Positions 36,801 through 46,162 of a DNA stretch of 64,000 bases are shown here, piece by piece. Both the position numbers and the translations under genes were made by a program. Positions within the stretch are counted from its first letter, which is position 1; the number at the start of each line of letters is the position of its first letter. The notes under the pieces were generated by a model. It worked only from the letters and a program-made list of their open reading frames with translations. It searched no databases and had not been told where the DNA came from. Source of the stretch: Patescibacteria group bacterium (GTDB lineage: Bacteria; Patescibacteriota; UBA1384; CAILIB01); the NCBI GenBank assembly GCA_041917855.1, contig JAYRWT010000044.1, positions 21,563 to 85,562 on the forward strand, in the 5' to 3' direction.

Positions 36801-37525
36801 GCTGCCTCAACTGTTTTTATGAATACATCCTCGAGTGTCTTATCCTTTGGTATGAGCTTGCTCACGCTATCGAGTTTCAGAATCATGCCGTGATCCATAA
36901 TTGCTATCCTATCGCTGATCGCGGCTACATCACTCAAAATGTGTGAGTTAAACACCACGGCCGTGCCTTTGCTGCGAATTTCTAGCAGGGTTTCCTTCAT
37001 GCGAATACGTCCAATCGGGTCTAGGCCGTCCATGGGTTCATCTAGAAAGATAATCTCGGGTTGGTTAATCAGTGCCTGTGCAAGGCAGATACGCTGTAAC
37101 ATGCCCTTGGAGTATTCGCGCAGTGGGCGGTGTGCCGCTTCGCTGAGGCCTACTAGCTCAATTAATTCCTGACTGCGCGTAGCAAGTTCTGCCTTAGGAA
37201 TACTAAACAGCGTGCCAGCTACCCGCAAGAGCTCTGCCCCAGACAGGTGGTTATAGAACGATGGAGTTTCTGGCATGTAGCCAATTCGGGAGCGCACCTT
37301 GGTGTCAGCTATAGTGCTGCCAAATAGGCTAACTGAGCCGCTGGTTGGCTCCAGCAGGCCAAGAATCATTTTAATAGTGGTGCTCTTGCCGGCGCCATTT
37401 GGTCCGACAATACCTAGTACCTCACCGGCCTCTACGCTAAAACTTACATCTCGTACTGCTTGGACCCGACCAAAGCTTTTTTTCAGGTTTGAAACAACCA
37501 ATGGAGTGTCTGTCTTTTTGCTCAT
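36797..37525 (-). CDS. ABC transporter ATP-binding protein
   Basis: Walker A GPNGAGKST, signature LSGAE-like YSKGMLQR, Walker B IIFLDEP. Confidence 0.9.
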   Translation of the reverse strand: MSKKTDTPLVVSNLKKSFGRVQAVRDVSFSVEAGEVLGIVGPNGAGKSTTIKMILGLLEPTSGSVSLFGSTIADTKVRSRIGYMPETPSFYNHLSGAELLRVAGTLFSIPKAELATRSQELIELVGLSEAAHRPLREYSKGMLQRICLAQALINQPEIIFLDEPMDGLDPIGRIRMKETLLEIRSKGTAVVFNSHILSDVAAISDRIAIMDHGMILKLDSVSKLIPKDKTLEDVFIKTVEAA

Positions 37526-37554
37526 ATCCAGATCATACCGTATACTTTTGGCAT

Positions 37555-38346
37555 ATGCTAGAACGTGAAATTATTCTCTTTGCCGCCATCTTTGGTCTAC
37601 TGATTGGATCATTTCTGAATGTGGTTGTGCTACGCGATAGGTCACGCTGGAGCATCCTTACAGGTCGCTCAGCTTGCCCACACTGTCACCATCCTCTTGC
37701 GTGGTACGAGCTCTTACCTGTTGTCAGCTTTTTGCTGCAAATGGGCCGCTGTCGTTCGTGCAAGCGGCAAATCAGTTGGCAGTACCCGGTGGTTGAACTG
37801 ATCACGGCTGTACTTACCGCAACCACTGTCTGGTATGGTGGAGTGTACCTAGATAGCACCATCTTTGCTATTGGCCTCAGCATTGCTGCTTGGCTCCTGC
37901 TGGTGGTGAGTGTTATCGACATTAAAACGCAGATGGTTTCTTTGGAGTATGTTATTGCAGCCGCCCTGGTTGGTTCGGGCTCTGCTGTATTGAGTGGGGT
38001 ACTAAGCTGGCAGTCTGCCTTACTTGGGGCTGCGACTGGCGCATTTGTACTTGGTTTTGTGATTGCAGCCTGGTGGCTAGCCACAAAACAGCAGGGAATG
38101 GGTGATGGAGATGTGTGGATTGCGGCTGCGGTTGGTGCCATAGTTGGCTATCCCCATATTTGGGTTGCTCTAGTGATGGCGGTAGTGAGCGGCGCGGTTA
38201 TTGGGGTTGCCTATATAGCCGCGCAACGGAAGAGTATGAACCTGGCGATTCCATTCGGTCCATTCTTATTCTCCGGACTACTTGTAGCGCTGCTATGGGG
38301 AGATCAGCTGGTTACTTGGTATACTAATTACATACATGGCTTCTAA
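37555..38346 (+). CDS. pilD: Prepilin peptidase / N-methyltransferase PilD (peptidase A24)
   Basis: Start moved to ATG 37555. Tetra-Cys zinc motif CPHCHH...CRSCKRQ; DIKTQMV and GMGDGDV catalytic-Asp contexts. Confidence 0.85.
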   Translation: MLEREIILFAAIFGLLIGSFLNVVVLRDRSRWSILTGRSACPHCHHPLAWYELLPVVSFLLQMGRCRSCKRQISWQYPVVELITAVLTATTVWYGGVYLDSTIFAIGLSIAAWLLLVVSVIDIKTQMVSLEYVIAAALVGSGSAVLSGVLSWQSALLGAATGAFVLGFVIAAWWLATKQQGMGDGDVWIAAAVGAIVGYPHIWVALVMAVVSGAVIGVAYIAAQRKSMNLAIPFGPFLFSGLLVALLWGDQLVTWYTNYIHGF

Positions 38347-38367
38347 CATGGCTACTAAGGCTTAACC

Positions 38368-38988
38368 GTGCAAAAGAGGGGATTCACACTGCTTGAGGTA
38401 ATTGTGGCGGTAACCATTGGGGTTGCTCTTATTGGTATTGGCATACCTTCGTTTACTAACTTAGTACGCCGCCAAGAGTTTCAATCTGAGGCAGGTAGAT
38501 TAGCTGGGTGTCTGCAGAGCGCGCAGGAGTATGCGCTTTCTGCTCGCCAGCTCAGTAACGGCCAGTCAGTGCGCTGGTCTGCTGCAGACATTAGCTATAA
38601 CGCTAGTACCCAGGTGATTACCTGCAAGAAGATGCTATTTTCTACGCCCAGGCCAACAAATTCACTGTGGACAGACTTCTTAACAGGCAGTCTTGCAGAA
38701 GATGAGCTAGCTGGCACCGAAACCATCAATAGCATTTACGCTACTGGTTTTACGTACGGTACGGCGACTACCGGGCTCCTCGCTTCAGAGAAGATTAGAG
38801 TATACTTTGGTCAAACCGAACGAGGTGCTGTTGTACGCTTGATTGCGGGCAACTACGGCATGCCATCTAAATACAGCCAGTACGGTACGGCCATGTCAAT
38901 TAGCCTTACTTCATCTGTTGATGACCAGCAAACTGCCAAAATTATAATTGGTAGTACTGGCACTCCAATTCAGCTTACGTCAGAATAG
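38368..38988 (+). CDS. Minor pilin / pseudopilin (GspH/FimT-like)
   Basis: MQKRG|FTLLEVIVAVTIGVAL prepilin motif. Confidence 0.7.
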   Translation: MQKRGFTLLEVIVAVTIGVALIGIGIPSFTNLVRRQEFQSEAGRLAGCLQSAQEYALSARQLSNGQSVRWSAADISYNASTQVITCKKMLFSTPRPTNSLWTDFLTGSLAEDELAGTETINSIYATGFTYGTATTGLLASEKIRVYFGQTERGAVVRLIAGNYGMPSKYSQYGTAMSISLTSSVDDQQTAKIIIGSTGTPIQLTSE

Positions 38989-38992
38989 AGCC

Positions 38993-39679
38993 ATGCAACG
39001 TCGCGGTTTTACCCTCATAGAAACACTTATTTCACTGGCTATTGTGATTATCGTGTTGGCTGGAGCTGTAAGCTTTAGTCGCAGCTTTTTTGTTACGGGT
39101 CAGGTGAGTGAAGATCGGGCACAGGCAGAGGGCTTGGTAGATGACGCACTTGGGTTACTGGTTTCACTCCAGCGAACGGTGCGCTCCGTTGATTGTAGTC
39201 CCACGCCGACATGTGCGGTGAATAACTTATCAACGTTTTTGTACGTAGACAAAAACGACACCACAGCCTATGTTATTCCGTACCGTGTATCCAATGACCT
39301 CTTCTGGTGCGCAGTTGCTAATCAGGATGCAGATAGGTATAGACCAGGTGGCTGTAATCTGCAAGTCAGCAAAGTTGGTAACTTAAATTTAGGTACTATG
39401 TTAAAGGGCACCGGTGAGTTGATTGGTGTAAATCGTGCAGCCTGGGGCGTGGCTGATGAGGGGGAGTCAAGCCCCCTTGTTAATGCTGTATTCGACGCGA
39501 CTACTACTCTGGGGGACCCAATTACTACCTCAGACAAACGACTTGACTATTACAAACGAGTCATCTCACTACAGAAATCTACTCTTAGTGGCATCACCAT
39601 GCACACTGCAAAAGTTACAGTTACAAATACAAGAACAAATCTTTCAGTAACCAAGAGTATAGTGTTGAGTGATGAGTAA
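38993..39679 (+). CDS. Minor pilin (PilV/PilW-like)
   Basis: Start moved to ATG 38993: MQRRG|FTLIETLISLAIVIIV. Confidence 0.65.
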   Translation: MQRRGFTLIETLISLAIVIIVLAGAVSFSRSFFVTGQVSEDRAQAEGLVDDALGLLVSLQRTVRSVDCSPTPTCAVNNLSTFLYVDKNDTTAYVIPYRVSNDLFWCAVANQDADRYRPGGCNLQVSKVGNLNLGTMLKGTGELIGVNRAAWGVADEGESSPLVNAVFDATTTLGDPITTSDKRLDYYKRVISLQKSTLSGITMHTAKVTVTNTRTNLSVTKSIVLSDE

Positions 39680-40421
39680 GCGCGCCTTCACCCTAGTAGA
39701 GCTGCTTATTACGGCAACCATCATGGTGGCAGTCTCTTTCTTAACGTTGAGTATTTTTTCTACGGTAGCAAAAGTGCAAGCCGACAGGAGGACCACACAA
39801 ACTGTTCTCAATCAAATTGACACCGTTGTAGACCAAATTGCCGTTGAGCTTGAGTCGATCAACCGAACCGTGGATGGGCAAAATGAGCGCATAAAGACAT
39901 TTCCTCAGACGTTTACTCAGACGGGAAGTCAGTATGCATCATTTATTGCTGTGAACGTTCCGCTCCTCGATGATAGGGGGGTGCAAACTGGGAATAACGT
40001 GCTGCGTATTTACTGCCGTAGCCTATACGTTAGTCCTGCCCAGGCTGGGGAATACTATCGGTTATCCGTGTTCAGCACGCCCCCCCTAAACTCCTCCGAT
40101 ACAACTGTGCCACTTACAGCTGAGCCTACCTCATGCACAATGCCTGCGCTGCAATCAGCGTTGCAATCAGCAATGGGTAATACTCTTTCGCTTACTGAAA
40201 CAGTACTGACTGACGAATTTACAAACATTAGATTTTTCGGGGCTTACCCAATGCAGTCTAAAGTAGAAAATGCAGGATCAGCTGCAACTGGTCCTAATAT
40301 GACTTTACGTCTGACGCTCACTGCAAGCTATGATGAGCGAATGAAGTACTCAGATGTGCCTCCGCTAGACCCCCAACAAAGCGTGACAACACTGAGAACA
40401 ATAAGTAGAGCCAAGCCATGA
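39669..40421 (+). CDS. Minor pilin
   Basis: MMSKRA|FTLVELLITATIMVAV prepilin motif. Confidence 0.65.
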   Translation: MMSKRAFTLVELLITATIMVAVSFLTLSIFSTVAKVQADRRTTQTVLNQIDTVVDQIAVELESINRTVDGQNERIKTFPQTFTQTGSQYASFIAVNVPLLDDRGVQTGNNVLRIYCRSLYVSPAQAGEYYRLSVFSTPPLNSSDTTVPLTAEPTSCTMPALQSALQSAMGNTLSLTETVLTDEFTNIRFFGAYPMQSKVENAGSAATGPNMTLRLTLTASYDERMKYSDVPPLDPQQSVTTLRTISRAKP

Positions 40422-41491
40422 ATAGACCCGCCTCTTCCCTTGTCTTAGTCACTCTAAGCATGGCTGCTGTAGCTGTAGTAATACTGGCGGGTAGCCGTGC
40501 GTTAATTCAGTCATTGCGTACGCGATCTAGTCTAGATTCTGCTTCAAACGCACGCGTATTATCTGAAGCCGCAATTCAGGAAGGTATGCAGCGAGTTCGT
40601 AAAGGGGCGGCAGGTGGACTTGATGGATATGGTCAGTACGGCACTTGGAACCTAGAACAGGCAACCCTAGAGCCGCTGACCAGAGGGTTTAGTGATGCAA
40701 ACTGCTCCCAGGTTGTAGAGAAAAACTATACGACGGATTGTGGTACGTATAAGGTTGCTGTTCGAACAATCGTCAAAGGTGATACATATGACTATCAGGT
40801 ACAAGATTTACCTGGGGGTTCAGAATTAGACTTAGTTATCGCAAAACCAGGAAGACTAGGGTTTACTCTGAGGACGAGTGTAGACGGAGTTCTTGCTCAG
40901 GCAAGATTTGATATACAGGTTTATATTGCCGGTAGATGGAGTCAGAAGCAAAGAGGCGTTACAAATTACTCTGTGCCTACAACGGCTACGGCATTTCGCA
41001 TTACTATGAACTACGGCGGTGCGACACCGTCTGCAACTGACGTTGCCCTAACAGCAGAACAGAACGGAACTCTAACCGTCTCTGGTGACCAGTTTGCCAT
41101 ACAGAAAGGCTACACAACCATAGAGGGCACTGGGCTTGCTGCTGATGGCAGCCAGTATCGTACAGTTGTGGTATTTCGTCCTGATTTTACAAAACGCCCA
41201 GGATTCTCTGACCCGGGCGGTACTGATTCGGGGGGAACCCAGCTGCGAACCGGGCCTGATCGTACTACTACGCGCACGGGGAACGTTACTGGCGGTGCCG
41301 CAGGGGAAGTAATTTCGGCAGTAGACGGCAAAGATGTGGTTGCCACTGAGGATACTGTAGATGGTGAAATAGTACCTCGCATCAATGGTTTCGGCGGTTT
41401 TGCATCGGGTCCCTACTTGATTCGTCGCAACATTTCACCTAAGTTTAAGTCCACTGGCTTCTGTGAGCCTTACCAAGAGCTTTGTCGTTAA
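40418..41491 (+). CDS. PilX-like minor pilin / pilus tip-associated protein
   Basis: N-terminal hydrophobic segment LVLVTLSMAAVAVVILAG without the canonical G/F cleavage site, then a large Thr/Gly-rich domain; last gene of the minor pilin operon. Confidence 0.45.
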   Translation: MNRPASSLVLVTLSMAAVAVVILAGSRALIQSLRTRSSLDSASNARVLSEAAIQEGMQRVRKGAAGGLDGYGQYGTWNLEQATLEPLTRGFSDANCSQVVEKNYTTDCGTYKVAVRTIVKGDTYDYQVQDLPGGSELDLVIAKPGRLGFTLRTSVDGVLAQARFDIQVYIAGRWSQKQRGVTNYSVPTTATAFRITMNYGGATPSATDVALTAEQNGTLTVSGDQFAIQKGYTTIEGTGLAADGSQYRTVVVFRPDFTKRPGFSDPGGTDSGGTQLRTGPDRTTTRTGNVTGGAAGEVISAVDGKDVVATEDTVDGEIVPRINGFGGFASGPYLIRRNISPKFKSTGFCEPYQELCR

Positions 41492-41494
41492 CGT

Positions 41495-42391
41495 ATGTCT
41501 GAACACATCCCCGTACTAGTCAAGGAGGTTGTAACAGCGCTCCGCCCGAGCAAGGGCGGTGTTTTTCTAGATGCAACACTTGGTCTAGCTGGTCACACCT
41601 TGGCCATGCAGCGCGAGGTAGACGGAACCCTGACGACTTACGGCATAGATCAAGATGAGCAAGCACTGGCCATAGCGGGCGAACGGTTAGGCGCAACATT
41701 CCCGAGCAACCCCGGTACTCTCATTAAGGGAAACTTTATGGACCTGACTTCTTTAGCTGAGGAGTATGGTATACCAAAGGCAGATGCCATTTTAATGGAC
41801 GTAGGTGTTTCTAGTTTACAGCTGGATGAGCCTGAGCGCGGCTTTTCTTTTACGCAAGATGGTCTACTCGACATGCGCATGGATGCTGATAACTCGGTCA
41901 GTGCTTTTACTATTGTAAACACTTGGTCAGAGCATAAATTAGCTATGTTGCTACGCAACTACGGGGAAGAGCGCTTGGCGGCAAAAATTGCCAAGGCAAT
42001 CGTACACAGGCGACGCAAACGACAAATTGAAACAACAAAAGAACTTGCCGACCTCATAGTCGAGCAGTACCATCCCGCACTGCGCCACAAAAAGCCACAT
42101 CCAGCAACCCGCAGCTTCCAGGCTATTCGTATAGAGGTGAACCAAGAGCTTGAGGCACTAGAGCAGGGGATTTGTGCAGCCTTAGAGCTACTTGCCCCAG
42201 CTGGGCGCTTGGCAGTGATTAGCTTTCACTCACTAGAAGATCGCATTGTCAAAGAACTATTTCGCCAAGCCACAGAAACTGGCAGCTTTGTACTGGTTAC
42301 AAAAAAGCCGCTTACAGCATCTGAGCAAGAGCAGGTAGAAAACTCACGCAGCAGGAGTGCAAAATTACGAGTAATCGAGAGAGTACAGTAG
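41495..42391 (+). CDS. rsmH: 16S rRNA (cytosine1402-N4)-methyltransferase RsmH
   Basis: HIPVLVKEV...GGVFLDATLGLAGHT and SFHSLEDRIVK motifs. Confidence 0.9.
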   Translation: MSEHIPVLVKEVVTALRPSKGGVFLDATLGLAGHTLAMQREVDGTLTTYGIDQDEQALAIAGERLGATFPSNPGTLIKGNFMDLTSLAEEYGIPKADAILMDVGVSSLQLDEPERGFSFTQDGLLDMRMDADNSVSAFTIVNTWSEHKLAMLLRNYGEERLAAKIAKAIVHRRRKRQIETTKELADLIVEQYHPALRHKKPHPATRSFQAIRIEVNQELEALEQGICAALELLAPAGRLAVISFHSLEDRIVKELFRQATETGSFVLVTKKPLTASEQEQVENSRSRSAKLRVIERVQ

Positions 42392-42842
42392 TAGTGGTCA
42401 TAAAGAAAACGCCCCGTCGCCTAGTAAAAGACGAACGGGGCCGGGGGACAAGAGCTACGAGAAAGGGAGGTGTAGCTCGGGGTCGGATGTGATGCTTTGC
42501 GGACCGACGTCCTGCACCTGGGGGCCTTGTACTCGGGCCTTAGCTGCGCATTACGCTATGGACGTTGATCGGAGGGCCCAATCGTGTCTAACTTAGCGTA
42601 GGTATTACCGCTGGCGGTGCATCCTTCTATCGCTTCAGGGACGAAGGTAGGGTGTTTCCACTGATTTGAGAGGTTGCAACCGGCAGATCCAGCCAGAAGA
42701 GATAGCCCGCAGGCGTACTCTCCACATGACATAATTATATACGCCATTTTCTAAGAATTGTCAATAATTTTGCTTAGCACACAAGTTGCTCGGTAGGGAG
42801 GCGCCGTTGGTTTCAGAACTGAAATAGGCTAGTATAAAACGT

Positions 42843-43262
42843 ATGACAGTTCTTACCATCCATACTGATGGCGGAGCGCGCGGTAACCCAGGACCAGCTG
42901 CTGTTGGCGTGCATTTTCAATTGGGCGATTGGGAGCATAAACACGGCCGTTGCATTGGTGAGGCTACAAACAATGTTGCTGAGTACACTGCAGTTATTGA
43001 TGCCTTAGCTCAAATTCAAGATTTTCGTATCGCCGGTGCACCGCAATTTGAATCGCTTCACTTTTATTTAGATAGTGAGCTCGTTGTTAAGCAGTTGCTT
43101 GGCATTTACCGTATAAAAGAGCCTAGTTTGCAGGAGCTTGCTCAAAAGATACTCATTACCTTAAAAACCATTGCCGTTCCGTACCAGTTCACCCACGTGC
43201 GCCGTGAACAGAATAAGATTGCTGACTCGCTGGTTAACGCTGCGCTCGACGGTATTCTATAA
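42843..43262 (+). CDS. rnhA: Ribonuclease HI-family protein
   Basis: 139 aa; IHTDGGARGNPGPAAVGV start with the catalytic Asp and the EYTAVIDAL and DSELVVKQ RNase H motifs. Confidence 0.8.
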   Translation: MTVLTIHTDGGARGNPGPAAVGVHFQLGDWEHKHGRCIGEATNNVAEYTAVIDALAQIQDFRIAGAPQFESLHFYLDSELVVKQLLGIYRIKEPSLQELAQKILITLKTIAVPYQFTHVRREQNKIADSLVNAALDGIL

Positions 43263-43270
43263 CTTGCCAT

Positions 43271-46162
43271 ATGTACGCTCCGCTTGAACCAAGCCCCCAT
43301 TTTCCTTCTAAAGAAGAAGAGCTCCTCACCTTTTGGAAAGAGAAGGGGATTATTGCCAAGGCTCGTTCCCTAAACAGGGGGAGGGAGCGCTTTGTGTTTT
43401 ACGATGGCCCACCAACCGCCAATGCTAAGCCGGCCCTGCATCACGCTGAACCTAGTTCTTTTAAAGATGCTGCCTGCCGGTACAAGGTAATGCGTGGGTT
43501 TGATGTAGTGAGGCAGCCAGGTTGGGACACTCACGGTCTACCTGTAGAGGTGCAGGTAGAAAAAGCCCTGGGGCTGAGTAGTAAAAAAGAGGTGTTGGGG
43601 CTCGTGCCTGGTGATGAGCGCGCTTCTATTGCCAAGTTTAACACTGCCTGTGCTGAAAGTGTTTGGCAGTACATTCAGGATTGGAATAGATTCATTGAGC
43701 GGTTAGCACGTTGGGACGACCTTAGTGATGCCTATGCCACTAACCAAGTCTCCTATGTAGAGGGGGTTTGGTCAGTCTTTAAGCAAATTTGGGACAAGGA
43801 TCTAGTCTTCAAAGATTACAAGGTTGTCCCATACTGTCCGCGCTGCGGCACCGGTCTTTCTGCGGCTGAGCTTGCCATGGAGTACCAAGATGTGAAGGAT
43901 GTCTCGGTATTTGTGACTTTCCCTTGGGTAGACAAACCAGCTCGCTCCTTTATAGCTTGGACAACTACACCGTGGACCCTGCCGGGTCATGTTGCCTTAG
44001 CACTAGGTCCGGACATTGAGTACGTTGTGATTGAAAAAGACGGTCGTGAATTCGTCTTGGCCAAGGAGCGCCTTGAGATTGTAGAGGGCGAGTACGTAAT
44101 CGTAGAGCAAAAGCTAGGTAAAGACTTACTTGGTATTCGCTATCAACCACTATTTCAGGGTGTATTAGATTCAGCAGAGGGCGAAAAGTTTGTCACCGTA
44201 CCTGCCAGTTTTGTGACCACAACAGATGGAAGCGGCATTGTGCATACTGCCTGTATGTATGGTGAGGACGACTTTGTGCTCGGCAAAGAACTGGGCTTAG
44301 CTCGCCAGCACACGGTTGATCTAACTGGAGCCTTCCTGCCACAAGTTACGGAGTTTGCTGGAATGAATGTGCGAGACGCACTAGTGCCAATCCTTAAATC
44401 GCTCACCGAAAAAGGCAAACTCTTTAAAAAGCAGACCATTACGCACAGCTACCCACACTGCTGGCGCTGTAAAACTCCACTGATCTACTACGCAAAAGAC
44501 TCTTGGTACATCCGAATGTCGGCTAAGCGTGAAGAGCTCAAAAAGAGCAACGCCGCAGTTGAATGGATTCCATCTCATATTAAAGAAGGTCGTTTTGGTG
44601 ACTTTATTCGCGAAGCTCGCGACTGGGCAGTTTCTCGCGAGCGATTTTGGGGGACTCCGCTGCCAATCTGGAAAAGTGAGAGTGGCAAGTACCTCTGCGT
44701 AGGCTCTCTCAGCGAACTCCGTGCACTAGCTAAAGACTCTAGTTTGGTAGGCGCAGACTTTGACCCACATCGTCCAAATATCGATGCCGTTGTCTTGGTT
44801 AAAGATGGTGAGGACTACCTGCCGGAACCATACGTACTTGATGTCTGGTTTGATTCTGGTGCTATGCCTTTTGCTTCTGGCCGCGTTGCAAAGGGTGAGT
44901 TCCCCGCAGATTTCATTGCAGAAGCTATCGATCAAACTCGTGGCTGGTTCTACAGCTTAATGGCGATCAGCACCCTGCTAAAGGGTGAATCTGCATATAA
45001 GCGGGTAATCTGCATGGGGCACCTCGTAGATGCTGATGGCCGCAAAATGTCTAAATCTATCGGCAACGTGATTGAACCAATGGGTGCGTTTGCAACGGCA
45101 GGAGCAGATGCGGTGCGCTGGTTCATCTTTACGGTAAATGCTCCGGGTGACACAAAGTCGGTCAGTATAGAAGAAGTACAGGCGTCGTTTAGGAGAATCC
45201 AGGTTCCACTCTGGAATATGCTCAACTACCTCGTTACCTATGCAAACCTTACCCAAGTAGATGTAAAAAGCCTTGATGCAACTGCTATAGCAGAGCGTAC
45301 CGATCTTACAGAGCTTGATCGTTGGGCGCTTGCGCTGCAAGAGGCCAGCCTAGCAAGTACTACGGCCAGCCTAGATGCCCTAGATTTTATGCGTGCTGGT
45401 CGCGAGCTTGAAAATCACATCGTCGATCTTTCAACCTGGTACCTGCGTCGTTCACGTAAGCGTACCGATGAAGCATTCTTCCTTACACTGCACGTGCTCC
45501 TAAAGCGCGTTGCGCTAATGCTCGCCCCGCTCACGCCTTTCCTAAGTGAATCGCTTTACCAGGCACTACGCAGTGAGAATGATCCTGAGTCTGTGCATGT
45601 AACTGAGTGGCCAGCTGCTATGCCGGCTCTGCAAAATCAAAATGTACTAGCAACCATGCAGAGTTTGCGTAATGCAGTAGAACTTGGTTTAGCAGTACGA
45701 GCTGAGCAAAAACAGAAGGTGCGTCAGCCGCTAGCGAGCGCCTACCTGCTTGGCGCTGTTGAATACAGCAGTGAGCACCTAGAGATACTTAAGGATGAGC
45801 TCAATGTAGAGCAAGTGCAAATTGTGCAGCGTATTGATCCTGGGCTTCCGGCAAAATCTGAAGGTGGGTTAACTGTTGCACTAGACGTTACACTAACACC
45901 TGAACTACAAGAAAAGGGTGAAGCCCGCGAATTACTCCGTCAACTACAAAACCTACGAAAGCAAAGCGGTTTGCAGCCTGGTCAGATGGCGCTCCTACTC
46001 TTTGGTCCAGCGCACCATGAGTATCTCAAAGAGATCTTACAAAAGTATCCGCAGATCCTGACGGATGGTTTCTTCCAAGTTAACGACGAAACCTGGCACC
46101 AAATGGGGGATACAGATGTTTCTATTAACGGTCTGACGGTGCAGGTAAGCCTCCGTGCCTAA
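43271..46162 (+). CDS. ileS: Isoleucine--tRNA ligase (type 2-like)
   Basis: 963 aa class I aaRS; KMSKS motif; DWAVSRERFWGTPLP (IleRS WCISRQRYWG-like); HIGH region PPTANAKPALHH. Confidence 0.8.
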   Translation: MYAPLEPSPHFPSKEEELLTFWKEKGIIAKARSLNRGRERFVFYDGPPTANAKPALHHAEPSSFKDAACRYKVMRGFDVVRQPGWDTHGLPVEVQVEKALGLSSKKEVLGLVPGDERASIAKFNTACAESVWQYIQDWNRFIERLARWDDLSDAYATNQVSYVEGVWSVFKQIWDKDLVFKDYKVVPYCPRCGTGLSAAELAMEYQDVKDVSVFVTFPWVDKPARSFIAWTTTPWTLPGHVALALGPDIEYVVIEKDGREFVLAKERLEIVEGEYVIVEQKLGKDLLGIRYQPLFQGVLDSAEGEKFVTVPASFVTTTDGSGIVHTACMYGEDDFVLGKELGLARQHTVDLTGAFLPQVTEFAGMNVRDALVPILKSLTEKGKLFKKQTITHSYPHCWRCKTPLIYYAKDSWYIRMSAKREELKKSNAAVEWIPSHIKEGRFGDFIREARDWAVSRERFWGTPLPIWKSESGKYLCVGSLSELRALAKDSSLVGADFDPHRPNIDAVVLVKDGEDYLPEPYVLDVWFDSGAMPFASGRVAKGEFPADFIAEAIDQTRGWFYSLMAISTLLKGESAYKRVICMGHLVDADGRKMSKSIGNVIEPMGAFATAGADAVRWFIFTVNAPGDTKSVSIEEVQASFRRIQVPLWNMLNYLVTYANLTQVDVKSLDATAIAERTDLTELDRWALALQEASLASTTASLDALDFMRAGRELENHIVDLSTWYLRRSRKRTDEAFFLTLHVLLKRVALMLAPLTPFLSESLYQALRSENDPESVHVTEWPAAMPALQNQNVLATMQSLRNAVELGLAVRAEQKQKVRQPLASAYLLGAVEYSSEHLEILKDELNVEQVQIVQRIDPGLPAKSEGGLTVALDVTLTPELQEKGEARELLRQLQNLRKQSGLQPGQMALLLFGPAHHEYLKEILQKYPQILTDGFFQVNDETWHQMGDTDVSINGLTVQVSLRA

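Noticed and set aside
42392-42842. Attempted manual assignment of the rsmH-rnhA gap to RNase P RNA, tmRNA or SRP RNA
   Set aside because: I could not find the conserved RNase P P4/CR-I/CR-V strings, a tmRNA tRNA-like 3' end (GGTTCGAnTCC...CCA) or an SRP domain-IV motif on either strand. Reported only as an unassigned structured region.
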